IMG/VR virus record: IMGVR_UViG_3300044946_000177
Coordinates: 2,301-66,300 of that record
DNA: 64,000 bases
Origin: a virus
Reading direction: 5' to 3' (one strand)
Positions 38,822-47,560 of the stretch are shown in pieces. The position numbers and the translations under genes were made by a program. Under the pieces are notes generated by a model. That model did not search any database and was not told the origin of the DNA. It saw nothing but the letters and a program-made list of their open reading frames with translations. Numbering within the stretch: position 1 is the first letter of the stretch; each line of letters begins with the position of its first letter.

Positions 38822-39253
38822 TCACTTTTCAGGTTTTGGCGTGCCGGTAGCGTCCTGGAGGGCGGCGCGGGCTTTCGCGAGGGCCGTGCGGGCGTCATCG
38901 AACACGCTCTGCCCGTCACCGTCTGATGCGTCGGGCACGCACTGGTAATCGGTAATCAGCCGATCCAAGGTCGGGATCATGCTCAAGATTGCCTCCGCCC
39001 ATGCGGCAAGCTTGATGTCGGTCTGCTTTGCCTTTATTTCCCAATTCTCAGCGATCTCGCGCATGTCGGCGAGTTCGGCGCGGAGGCGGGCGATCTCGGC
39101 GTCTGCTATCTTGCGATGTGCGCGCAGATGGGCAAGTTCGTCGTGAAGTCTTTTGTCGGCCCGTTCCTGAGCCCTCTCTTCGTGCGATGGGGACAGTCCA
39201 GAAAACCCCATTCCATCCTCAACTTCGTCATGACGGCTCATGTCACCCATCAT
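38822..39253 (-). CDS. hypothetical protein
   Basis: AGGAG RBS; ARTALAKARAAL. Confidence 0.6.
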   Translation of the reverse strand: MMGDMSRHDEVEDGMGFSGLSPSHEERAQERADKRLHDELAHLRAHRKIADAEIARLRAELADMREIAENWEIKAKQTDIKLAAWAEAILSMIPTLDRLITDYQCVPDASDGDGQSVFDDARTALAKARAALQDATGTPKPEK

Positions 39254-39338
39254 CCCTCTCCTTGCGTTCCCTGGCGGCGAGAGGCCCACCGGTATCAGCG
39301 GTGGGCCTTGCTTCCGCAGCCCGCTATCTGCGAGGTCC

Positions 39339-40415
39339 TCAACCAAATACCGATTTGATTGCGGCCTCCAGATGCGGATTTGGGGCAACCGCGGGCGCCA
39401 TGCCGAACTGGCCATTAGGCGCTTGTCCGCCTTCGGCGGGCTGCCTGAACGGGGCGACTGGAGCGGTTTCAGCGGCCGGCGCGGCTTCCTTGGGCGGACG
39501 TCCGCGCCGCCTACCCGTTGATGGGGCAGTCGTAGTCGTCGCAAGCACGGGGCCGGACGTAGCCGCAGGATGCGCAGATAAAGGGCTAGCTGTCTCCACA
39601 GGTACAGACACGGGTGACGACGCAATATGAGCAGGGGGGGCGCCCAGCGCCAAAGGGGATTGGTCGCCCGTGGACTGCACAGCGACCGCCAAAACACGCG
39701 GCTTGTCGCCCCGGCCGACCAGGGCGTCCGTCTTCTTGGCGAGCAGCACCTCGTTGCGCTGCTTGGCGGTCACTTCGTCAATGAAACCCAGCCCGGAGAA
39801 CGTAAGCGTGCCGATGCCGCCCGGTTCGAACGATACCCTGGTGATCACGTCTCGCGCCGTGAACGCGTGCCCCTTGAACTTGTTGTTGTAAGCCCGCAAA
39901 TTTTCCAGAGAATTGGGCGGCACCCGCAGCAGAAATTCGACATCGTCGCCGGGAATCAGGAGCGCCAGCTTCTGGTACTTTCCGCATGCGGGGACACCTT
40001 TTCCGGTGACCTTGGATGTCGCCGAGCCCCACACCGCCAGCTTGCAGCCGTGGACGCCGGTAGGATCTGCCGCGCAGGAAACAGCTTGCGGCTCGCTGCA
40101 GTTGACGCTCGGGGCCACGCCATTGTCCGACCAGCATTTAGGCGGACTGTATGACTGCGCGCCGGGATCGAACGCATGTCCAAAATAAATCTTGGAGGGG
40201 TGATCTCCGGCGTCGATAATGACGCAGTCGAGATACGGCACCCCCGTTTTCGGGTCGACGGTCACCACGGGCTCGGTGTCGCCGACCGAGTCGATCAAGG
40301 TGAAGCGGCCGCCTTGAATCGACACGTAGGGAGGCGTCCCAGTGCCGAGATTGGCACCCAGGCGATCGGTGAAATCCGGCAGGTTCGAATTTTGGAGGTA
40401 AGCGGGTAGTTGCAT
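39339..40415 (-). CDS. SSB/recombination-type replication protein
   Basis: PPKCWSDNG.AP...LLRVPP.SL family seen next to phage Pol A; AGGAG RBS. Confidence 0.6.
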   Translation of the reverse strand: MQLPAYLQNSNLPDFTDRLGANLGTGTPPYVSIQGGRFTLIDSVGDTEPVVTVDPKTGVPYLDCVIIDAGDHPSKIYFGHAFDPGAQSYSPPKCWSDNGVAPSVNCSEPQAVSCAADPTGVHGCKLAVWGSATSKVTGKGVPACGKYQKLALLIPGDDVEFLLRVPPNSLENLRAYNNKFKGHAFTARDVITRVSFEPGGIGTLTFSGLGFIDEVTAKQRNEVLLAKKTDALVGRGDKPRVLAVAVQSTGDQSPLALGAPPAHIASSPVSVPVETASPLSAHPAATSGPVLATTTTAPSTGRRRGRPPKEAAPAAETAPVAPFRQPAEGGQAPNGQFGMAPAVAPNPHLEAAIKSVFG

Positions 40416-40428
40416 TTTGGTTGCTCCT

Positions 40429-40626
40429 TCAGGCCGTTGCGGCCTTGACCGCCCACATGGCGGCGTCTTCGTAATGAGTCTGAGCGAGCGACGCGAGGCG
40501 CGCATCCTTCGCTTTCAAAGTCTCGCAGAGGTCGATCAGTTCGGCAGACTTTTGCTTGATCCGGTCGACAACGGTATCCGCACTCGGATTGAACTTAGTG
40601 CGGACGCGATCTTCACCAACGCTCAT
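40429..40626 (-). CDS. possible Acb2/Tad1-like hairpin protein
   Basis: FNPS...VDRIK...RLASLAQT.YEDAAMWAVKAAT. Confidence 0.55.
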   Translation of the reverse strand: MSVGEDRVRTKFNPSADTVVDRIKQKSAELIDLCETLKAKDARLASLAQTHYEDAAMWAVKAATA

Positions 40627-40636
40627 TTTTGCTCTC

Positions 40637-40807
40637 CTAGTGACAGTTCGGACACTTGTGCACCCATTCGGTGCCGATCTTTCTTACGCGCCATCCGTCG
40701 CGCTTAGCCTGGTTCCAAGCCGAATTGAAGTCCGAGGTGGCGGATTCGAAGACCTCGCCGCACTCGTCGCATTCGAAGACGAGGTCGCCATTTTGACGGT
40801 CGATCAT
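40637..40807 (-). CDS. 56-aa Zn-finger protein
   Basis: Read by hand: MIDRQNGDLVFECDECG...GW...HKCPNC. Confidence 0.7.
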   Translation of the reverse strand: MIDRQNGDLVFECDECGEVFESATSDFNSAWNQAKRDGWRVRKIGTEWVHKCPNCH

Positions 40808-40808
40808 C
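40773..40808. repeat. 36-bp exact direct repeat, copy 1 (copy 2 at 43263..43298)
   Basis: tcgaagacgaggtcgccattttgacggtcgatcatc. Confidence 0.95.
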
Positions 40809-40908
40809 CTACGGCTCCAGCCAAAATTTCGCCTGTCTGCTGCCCTCCAGCAACAGACTTATTGGTATCATGCTTATCCGGTTTGAACATGCAACCCCCA
40901 CAGGTTGA

Positions 40909-41958
40909 TCAGTCATGATGGCTTTCCATCGTCGGGTGTTTCCAGGTTCCTTGGTAAATCCCGTCATAGGTCGGGCCTTCGCCATTCGTGCCGATGCCGA
41001 GAAGCGAGCGGAAAGCGTTGAACGGGTAAAACCGGCGATTGAACCGGAAGGTGAACTCGTTGAGGTAGGCTTGCAGGTGCTGCGGCTCGACGCGTCCGTG
41101 ATGCGTGCCTTGCAGCCAAGCCTTCAGGTTCGAAAATACAAGGTGAATGATCGGCAGGTATTCCTCAGCAACCGCCGGATCACTGGCCTCGACCACGGGC
41201 AGGTGCGCGTAGCCGCGCTTATCGAGCGAGTTATAGCCGGCCCATGCGTCCGTGATGACCATCGCGCCGGGCTCAACCGCTTGTTCAACAAATCCGCACA
41301 ACGACTTAGCGGTGCGGTCGGCTACGATTTCCAGTCTCAGTCGGCCAGCATACCTGCCTCCCCGTCGCGCGGGCTTGTCGCCCTTCTTGGGCGGACGCTG
41401 GCGGACCTCAACAGCGCCCATCACAAGCGTTTTTTCGTCGGCGTGAACGCCTTTGCCTTCGCCGCGCGTCACCCCGCCGATATAGGTTTCGTCGATTTCG
41501 ACGTGATCATTACGACTAAGGTTGCCGCCGATGCGGTCGCGGCCGGGGCGCACCATGCCAGCCCGCAGTTTGTGCAAAAGCTGGAACGCGGTCTCATATC
41601 TGGTAAGCCCAAGCTGGCGCTGGAATTGAACCGCCGACAGCCCCGGCGTCATGCTCGATACGAGATAAGCCGCCCAAAACCACACGGTCAGGGGCGTGTG
41701 TGTCATTTGCATCACAGTATCGACCGTCAGCGAGGTTTGCTTTCGGCAGGCGCGACAGGCCAGGACACCGGGACGCGTGGCGAGCCGGATGGGCTCGCCC
41801 TTTTCCTCGCAATGTGGGCAGGTAAAGCCTTTCGGCCATTTGGCGCCTTCAAGGTATCGAGCGCACGCATTGTCGCTGGGAAAAAGTCGCTGAAAATCTC
41901 TCAGCGACTTGGGGAACGGCAAGTGTTCCCATTGGAGAACGTCGGCGAAGGGGGGCAT
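40909..41958 (-). CDS. IS1595-family DDE transposase
   Basis: Zn ribbon CPHC/CRAC, VEIDETYIGG, VITDAW, HLQAYLNEFTFRFNRR. Confidence 0.95.
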   Translation of the reverse strand: MPPFADVLQWEHLPFPKSLRDFQRLFPSDNACARYLEGAKWPKGFTCPHCEEKGEPIRLATRPGVLACRACRKQTSLTVDTVMQMTHTPLTVWFWAAYLVSSMTPGLSAVQFQRQLGLTRYETAFQLLHKLRAGMVRPGRDRIGGNLSRNDHVEIDETYIGGVTRGEGKGVHADEKTLVMGAVEVRQRPPKKGDKPARRGGRYAGRLRLEIVADRTAKSLCGFVEQAVEPGAMVITDAWAGYNSLDKRGYAHLPVVEASDPAVAEEYLPIIHLVFSNLKAWLQGTHHGRVEPQHLQAYLNEFTFRFNRRFYPFNAFRSLLGIGTNGEGPTYDGIYQGTWKHPTMESHHD

Positions 41959-41959
41959 G

Positions 41960-42127
41960 TCACGCCTCATCCATCTTTTTCATGTGAACGTTCAAGCAAG
42001 TCCGGCAGCATTGCCACTCCCGACAAATCGGGCATTCAATTTTGTCTTTTGGAAGTGGGTTGCTGCAAGTATAGCAATGCGTTTGCATGGCCGCTATTTC
42101 GTGATCTATCTGGGAAATTGTTTTCAT
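41960..42127 (-). CDS. IS passenger: 55-aa Cys-rich protein
   Basis: Read by hand: CYTC...CPIC...CCRTC. Confidence 0.55.
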   Translation of the reverse strand: MKTISQIDHEIAAMQTHCYTCSNPLPKDKIECPICREWQCCRTCLNVHMKKMDEA

Positions 42128-42138
42128 CGTACATTAAA

Positions 42139-42420
42139 TTATTCGAAAAACTTGCGCATAACATCCCATGCCTCATTGAAGCCGACTATCGAGTCGTCGT
42201 GACCTTCCTTCATCTCACAAAGGTGGTCATTCAGGCGCGAGTCAACGGAGCTTTTGAACGCCATCAGCGCAGTCCGCAGTTCTGCCGCGCATTCCTCGTA
42301 AACCCGCGCGGTTTCAAGAGTGGCGACATCGGACTTAGCCGCATGACTATTGACGATGCGAAGGGCGTTCGTTCGACCTTGCCAGAACAAAGGCAAATCT
42401 CTGAGCGGGATCATGGTCAT
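42139..42420 (-). CDS. IS passenger: hypothetical protein
   Basis: Inside TIRs; ATGA coupling. Confidence 0.65.
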   Translation of the reverse strand: MTMIPLRDLPLFWQGRTNALRIVNSHAAKSDVATLETARVYEECAAELRTALMAFKSSVDSRLNDHLCEMKEGHDDSIVGFNEAWDVMRKFFE

Positions 42421-42623
42421 GCCAGTTGCTCCGATCCGTTCTCAAAACACTCCAAAATTCGGAATTTCTGGTCGCGTAGGGAGGGTTTTCGGTCCTCAAC
42501 GGTAAAATGGCCAAGTGGCCAGCGAACCGCATATGCGGCAACGCCAATCACCTTGGCCCGGTGCTTTGCTCCGATCACCGCATCTTCCCATGTTTCGAAA
42601 GTGGTCATCTGTCTCTCCTTCAA
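42417..42623 (-). CDS. IS passenger: hypothetical protein
   Basis: Downstream of TTGACA-17-TAGTGT that begins in the TIR. Confidence 0.6.
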   Translation of the reverse strand: MKERQMTTFETWEDAVIGAKHRAKVIGVAAYAVRWPLGHFTVEDRKPSLRDQKFRILECFENGSEQLA

Positions 42624-42859
42624 AGGGCAGGATTGCCCAATGACGAAACACTAGCACAGGTGCTTGCATGTGTCAACCGGATAAGCATGATTGGTATAAA
42701 CTACAGAGCGTTCGCTCATGCCATCACATGACCAGTATAATAAGCAGCTTGAACAACACGCAAACCAAAAGTGCTCCCCAGAAACCAAGAACTATCTCAG
42801 CTAACGCGCTTTCCAGATTCATAATCCCGCTCCCAGGGATAACGTTCGGTCCAATGCGC

Positions 42860-43297
42860 TCATGTCTCAGCCTCCGGCACGAAGCAACGAATGTAGGGTG
42901 TTCCGTCAGGTTGCTGTGTCCCGAACCAGACCGTCGCGACGCCAATCGGGTTGGTTCCGGGCACAGTCATAGCCTCGTCAGGCACGCGCACCCAGTCCCA
43001 ATCAGGGTGAAATGGGTTTGGAATATACCAGCCATCAACGCGATGCTCGTCAGCAGTCGGGTGGCCGTCGGCCATGTCGCAGCAAGCCGGCCCTGACCGC
43101 TTTGGGCGCACGCCCTTGAACCACTGCTTTTGCGCGTCATTGAGGCGATATTGATCCCATTCCCCAGCAACATTAACCCACTTCGCATCTGCATTAATGA
43201 CATAAACGAAGAAAGCTGCCAGAACAGCAACCAGCATCGCTGACCAGAAAAAAACACGTGCCTCGAAGACGAGGTCGCCATTTTGACGGTCGATCAT
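42860..43297 (-). CDS. membrane/secreted Cys-containing protein
   Basis: TM segment then ACCDMADG...IRCFVP. Confidence 0.7.
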   Translation of the reverse strand: MIDRQNGDLVFEARVFFWSAMLVAVLAAFFVYVINADAKWVNVAGEWDQYRLNDAQKQWFKGVRPKRSGPACCDMADGHPTADEHRVDGWYIPNPFHPDWDWVRVPDEAMTVPGTNPIGVATVWFGTQQPDGTPYIRCFVPEAET

Positions 43298-43317
43298 CTG
43301 CGGCGATCCGCGTCTGT

Positions 43318-44001
43318 TCATGAGCGCCTCACATTGACCCGAGTGAACCAGCCAACTTTAAGTCCTGGCGGGGGCTGTCCGTTGTGCTCGTCCATCCATT
43401 TCCTGACGGCATCTTTTTGCGGCTGCACCAGCAAAAGGTCTGCGCCGATTTCATTCCAATTTTCGAGCGCAAAGTCAAGCAGCGCCATGCGGCCGACCTG
43501 ATTTTCTCCCGACGCGTTGGTATAGGCCAGCGCATCGGGGTCGACGCTGACGTTTAATAGATGTGACAGATAAGCCGTTCCCGCATCGGTCGACAAATTT
43601 GCCTTGTCGCCGGTTCCGAGCGCATTGAGCATGGCGTGCAGCTCGGCGTCGATCGCCTCCAGGCGCGCCTTGTGAGGCTCAAGCAGTTCGGCGACTCGCT
43701 TGTTCGCCTCCTTGATCTTGTCCTGGAGATCGAAGTGCTCGGCGATCAGTTCTTCGGCGGTAGCCTTAATGGGAATCGGTCGCTCGACCCCCGCAACAGG
43801 CCCATCGTACTTCCTGCGCAACACGGCTCCACGATTTTTTACATTATGGCGCGTGCAAGCTTCGCACATTCGGTATTCGCGATTGTCCTCAGCATGAAAA
43901 ACAATATGAGTCGCCACTGCATTGCACGGAATATAGAATCTACTCGATTGGGGCGACGCTTCTTCGCATCGCCCTTCTCCGGCTTCTAGCTTTAGGCTCA
44001 T
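43318..44001 (-). CDS. conserved replication-region protein
   Basis: Coiled coil, TDAGTAY, PPPGL motifs. Confidence 0.65.
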   Translation of the reverse strand: MSLKLEAGEGRCEEASPQSSRFYIPCNAVATHIVFHAEDNREYRMCEACTRHNVKNRGAVLRRKYDGPVAGVERPIPIKATAEELIAEHFDLQDKIKEANKRVAELLEPHKARLEAIDAELHAMLNALGTGDKANLSTDAGTAYLSHLLNVSVDPDALAYTNASGENQVGRMALLDFALENWNEIGADLLLVQPQKDAVRKWMDEHNGQPPPGLKVGWFTRVNVRRS

Positions 44002-44039
44002 AACTCTCCCCTCTGCTCTTCGGCGGCCGGTTTGCCGGC

Positions 44040-44252
44040 TTACGACATCCGCCTGCACGTTACGCGATGAAACGATTTGACGGCAAGTTTATTTATATGA
44101 GGTGAATTATCGGTCGCCCATATAGGTGATTTTTCTAAATCCAACTGCGTGTCAAGAACCAAACGCAATGCTTTTACCGCGTCTCTTTCCGTCATGGCCG
44201 CAGATGTTGTGATCTCAATCACAACCTTATTTTTCTTTCTGAGAGAATTCAT
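44040..44252 (-). CDS. hypothetical protein
   Basis: Coupled to helicase. Confidence 0.55.
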   Translation of the reverse strand: MNSLRKKNKVVIEITTSAAMTERDAVKALRLVLDTQLDLEKSPIWATDNSPHINKLAVKSFHRVTCRRMS

Positions 44253-45883
44253 AACTCGCCCCTTCTCACCATGTCGAGCATCAACCCTTGAAGCGACGTC
44301 TGGGTTTCCAGTCTCTTGTATATTTCCTGTTCCAGCTTGGTGCTGACGATCTGGACGAGCGTCATCGGGTATTTCTGGCCGGGGCGATTGACGCGCTTGT
44401 TTCCCTGCAAATAAAGCTCGTTTTTATCGGTAGGCGAAGCCCAGATCACGGTGTCGGCAACCAGGGCGAATTCGTTAATTCCGTGCGCCGTGGTCTGGGG
44501 ATCCGCAAGGACGCATTTAACGTCCGGGTCGCATTCGAACCTCCTGATATTTTCCGAGCGGTCTTTTGGCGAGACCTCGCCATTTAATACAACGAGATTC
44601 CAACGCTTGCTTAATCGTTTGTAAAGGAGGTTTAGAACATTTGTCAAGTTAACAAATATCACGACCTTACGATTTGTTCCTTCAATTACGTCCTCGATCT
44701 CGCGCAGCCGCGGCTCGGCATCGATTAAATGGGATTTGTGTCCTTCGTCATAAATGGCGCCTTGAATTATTTGAAGGAATTTGGTCCTTTTGGCTGCTTC
44801 GTTGATTGCGTCGATCTGCTTGCCGCCGTTCAGCGTAACGGCGAGATCGCGCTTGAGTTCCTCCAGCTTCCTTTTTTGATCGGGCGTCAGCTCTACATGC
44901 CGTTGCTGAGTCGTGATCGGCGGGCCGTCCCACACGCTGGCGATGTCGAACCGGATCGACGGAGACAGCAACGCTCGCGCGCGCTCGTAACCGTCCCGCC
45001 GCGGATACCACTTGAATTGCGAGACCTGACTCATGGTTTCCATGCGGAAGTCTCGGAATGACTTGTTATGCGAATTATTTACAAGTTTGGCCAAACCGTA
45101 AGCGTCTGTCGGTGCGTTTGGCGTCGGCGTGCCGGTGAGGAGCCATAGGTGTTCGCGACGTCCAATGACCTGGCGGGCAATTCGGTGTCGTTTAGTTGTA
45201 GCATCTCGGTAACCGCTTGCTTCATCAACAATGGCAATCTTGATATCTGCCCGTCCGGCCAGACACCTTGAGAACCCATCAAGCTCGAATTTTTTACGGG
45301 TATGCGCCCCGATCCCAACGCCGTCGAAGTTGATAATGAGAAAGTCAGCTTTCGAAGTCTCAAGGAGTCGCATTCGCTTCTCGGCCGATCCATAGAGTAT
45401 CTCCGCTGTTCGCTTGCCGAAGAAATTGGAGAAGATCGCGGCGGCCCAGACGCGCTCTAGGATAGAAAGTGGTGCCACAATAAGAGCGCGAGCACCAGGA
45501 TTTTGGCGCATAAGGTAATCAGCCGCCCATAATGTAGCGAGCGTCTTACCGACTCCCATGTCGCTGAGTACAAAACTTCGAGGGTGGAGCACGAGGAAGT
45601 TTGCGGTAATTCGCTGGCTTTCGTAGGGTCTGATTCCGGGAGCGCAGGGCCAGTCATAGTTTTTCTCCGTAATGACGGGAATTACCGGATACTGCAAATA
45701 TCTAAGCGTCTGGCTGTTTTTCAACGTCGCCGGCACCGCTACGTACGAGCGGTAACTTCCATTGACGCCATATTCACTGACCGCCTTTGCTTCCGGCAAA
45801 CTCTGCAACAGCTGCGCGACGTGCAAAGGGGATAACGTCTCGTATACTAGCAAGTTGCGCGGCTGGTCGAAGAAAAAGTTCAT
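44249..45883 (-). CDS. SNF2-like SF2 helicase
   Basis: DMGVGKT, IVDEAS, LLTGTP, Q...R..RPGQ. Confidence 0.92.
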   Translation of the reverse strand: MNFFFDQPRNLLVYETLSPLHVAQLLQSLPEAKAVSEYGVNGSYRSYVAVPATLKNSQTLRYLQYPVIPVITEKNYDWPCAPGIRPYESQRITANFLVLHPRSFVLSDMGVGKTLATLWAADYLMRQNPGARALIVAPLSILERVWAAAIFSNFFGKRTAEILYGSAEKRMRLLETSKADFLIINFDGVGIGAHTRKKFELDGFSRCLAGRADIKIAIVDEASGYRDATTKRHRIARQVIGRREHLWLLTGTPTPNAPTDAYGLAKLVNNSHNKSFRDFRMETMSQVSQFKWYPRRDGYERARALLSPSIRFDIASVWDGPPITTQQRHVELTPDQKRKLEELKRDLAVTLNGGKQIDAINEAAKRTKFLQIIQGAIYDEGHKSHLIDAEPRLREIEDVIEGTNRKVVIFVNLTNVLNLLYKRLSKRWNLVVLNGEVSPKDRSENIRRFECDPDVKCVLADPQTTAHGINEFALVADTVIWASPTDKNELYLQGNKRVNRPGQKYPMTLVQIVSTKLEQEIYKRLETQTSLQGLMLDMVRRGEL

Positions 45884-46107
45884 TTGTCGTCGTCAATAAA
45901 ACGAATTTTAGGGAGCGTGATAGGTTTTTTTCTGCGAGTGCCCATCTTAGAACGCATAAAAATTTCTTGTAGCGGGCGCTCGCTTTCCGGCTTGGACGGC
46001 CGCTTAAAACCAACGGTTTTAGTAACGGGGTACAAAGCCGACCGGATCCGTTGCGCTGAGCGGGCACGCTGCTTACGTATATTTTCCCTTAATTTTTTCC
46101 AGGACAT
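45880..46107 (-). CDS. basic hypothetical protein
   Basis: Coupled to both neighbours. Confidence 0.55.
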   Translation of the reverse strand: MSWKKLRENIRKQRARSAQRIRSALYPVTKTVGFKRPSKPESERPLQEIFMRSKMGTRRKKPITLPKIRFIDDDK

Positions 46108-46415
46108 TAGTTCACCTGTGCGTTTTGCGCCTTGATCCAAGCGGTCAGCTCGGCAATCACCTTGTCCGCCGTTCCCCAAAACGCTATTCCGCCTGCAGCC
46201 GCGACCTCTTTCATCCGCCGCTTTTGCGTTGCGGTTGCACCCTTCCCGTGGCGCTTGACCTCGATCGAAACGAACTTGCCATCCAAGCAGGCAAGGATAT
46301 CCGGGACGCCCGACTTGCCGTAGCCGAACGTCATTGGTTTGACGTACCAGCAATTGGGCAGCGAATCGAGGTAGCGCCAGATGTCCTGTTTTTCCCACGC
46401 TTCAGGGGTTCTCAA
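46107..46415 (-). CDS. VRR-NUC/Holliday junction resolvase-like nuclease
   Basis: GVPDI...FVSIEVK...T..Q. Confidence 0.9.
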   Translation of the reverse strand: MRTPEAWEKQDIWRYLDSLPNCWYVKPMTFGYGKSGVPDILACLDGKFVSIEVKRHGKGATATQKRRMKEVAAAGGIAFWGTADKVIAELTAWIKAQNAQVN

Positions 46416-46597
46416 TGCCAGCACTCCAGCACGAAAAGCTCTTCCGGTCCGTACAATTCGTCAAGCAACGCATCGCGCTCCTGCTGTGTCATTTTATAAT
46501 TTTCACGCAGGTGCCATTTCTTGGCGTAACGACTGAGCATGTTTCGCTTCAATCCTAACGTCGAATTTGCATCGACGGTTTCTTGATCGGCAGCCAC
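46412..46597 (-). CDS. hypothetical protein
   Basis: GTG after GAGG. Confidence 0.5.
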   Translation of the reverse strand: MAADQETVDANSTLGLKRNMLSRYAKKWHLRENYKMTQQERDALLDELYGPEELFVLECWH

Positions 46598-46601
46598 GAA
46601 A

Positions 46602-47336
46602 TTACCTCTTCTTATTGTGTTCACAGTGTTTGACGTCGCAAAATCCGCAGAGAGGACTAGGTCGTTTCTCAAACTGCCCCGTTTGCCGATCGCGCTCGAT
46701 CCGCTTGACGATTCCCGTTACCTTGGTCCATGCGTGGCGCGTGTCGGAAAGGTCATACATCTCGCCGAGGCGGTTTTCCTTCAACCAAGTGTAAGTACCC
46801 TTGATCTTCGTCAGGTGCGGGTTGGCAGCGTGCAGCATGAGCGCGCCGACATCAAGTTCGAACCGGTCTTCGTAATTGGAGTTTCCAGTCTTCCAGTCGT
46901 TGATGTAAGCCCTGTTAAATCCGTTCAGCACGACAACGTCCAATTTTCCCCTTAACCAAACATTGGCGTTATCGAAAAAATCGCAACATTCACCCTTAAC
47001 CGTTATTCCTAATTTCAACTCGGTCGACAGCGCTTGGCGAGACACTGTTTTATCCCGCGTGTCGTCGTGAAAGCCGTCGAACGGCGCAGCGAACGGCTCC
47101 CATTGCGCAAAGTCGGGATGCAGCGGCTTCTTGTGCGCGATCCGGTGCTCCATCGCCTCGTGCACCTTGGTGCCGTAACGCATCGCCTCGGTCTCGACGA
47201 AGGGCGTACTCTTCTTGATGTAGCGGTGAAAAAACTGGTGCGGGCATACGTTATCGTAACAGTTCAAGTTCGTGTACGAATACACGAGCCGCGTGCGGTC
47301 GAGGATGGCAGGGATGGGGCCGGGATCGTGGTTCAT
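46602..47336 (-). CDS. PD-(D/E)XK (Cas4/RecB-like) exonuclease
   Basis: CP...GTKVH...GKLD...DWKTG...LCGFC...C. Confidence 0.9.
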   Translation of the reverse strand: MNHDPGPIPAILDRTRLVYSYTNLNCYDNVCPHQFFHRYIKKSTPFVETEAMRYGTKVHEAMEHRIAHKKPLHPDFAQWEPFAAPFDGFHDDTRDKTVSRQALSTELKLGITVKGECCDFFDNANVWLRGKLDVVVLNGFNRAYINDWKTGNSNYEDRFELDVGALMLHAANPHLTKIKGTYTWLKENRLGEMYDLSDTRHAWTKVTGIVKRIERDRQTGQFEKRPSPLCGFCDVKHCEHNKKR

Positions 47337-47560
47337 GCTGATTCCTTACTGTCCGCCAACCATTGATGCTCACCTTTTATCGCGACACATTCAGGCGCGT
47401 GCTTGACGCTATGTTTGTATGGGATTCCGTAACGAGTTTCTTTTATCGTCGGGTAAACCCATCTATAAATGCCGCACACGCGACAACGATAAATAAAAGG
47501 GCGTTTGTCGAGCACCGATTGTCGCAAATCCTCTTCCACCGAAAACCAACGATGCCTCAT
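47333..47560 (-). CDS. hypothetical protein
   Basis: ATGA coupling; CRVC. Confidence 0.55.
   Translation of the reverse strand: MRHRWFSVEEDLRQSVLDKRPFIYRCRVCGIYRWVYPTIKETRYGIPYKHSVKHAPECVAIKGEHQWLADSKESA

Larger units (their letters stand above)
40869..42689 (-). mobile_element. IS1595-family insertion sequence with passenger genes (1821 bp)
   Basis: TIRs catgcttatccggtt-n3-acatgca at 40869-40893 and 42665-42689; 8-bp TSD attggtat at 40861-40868 and 42690-42697. Confidence 0.93.

Noticed and set aside
40915-42654. 579-aa plus-strand ORF across the IS
   Set aside because: Antisense shadow of the transposase
46602-47336. Cas4-like nuclease as CRISPR component
   Set aside because: Ordinary phage exonuclease in a replication module; no array
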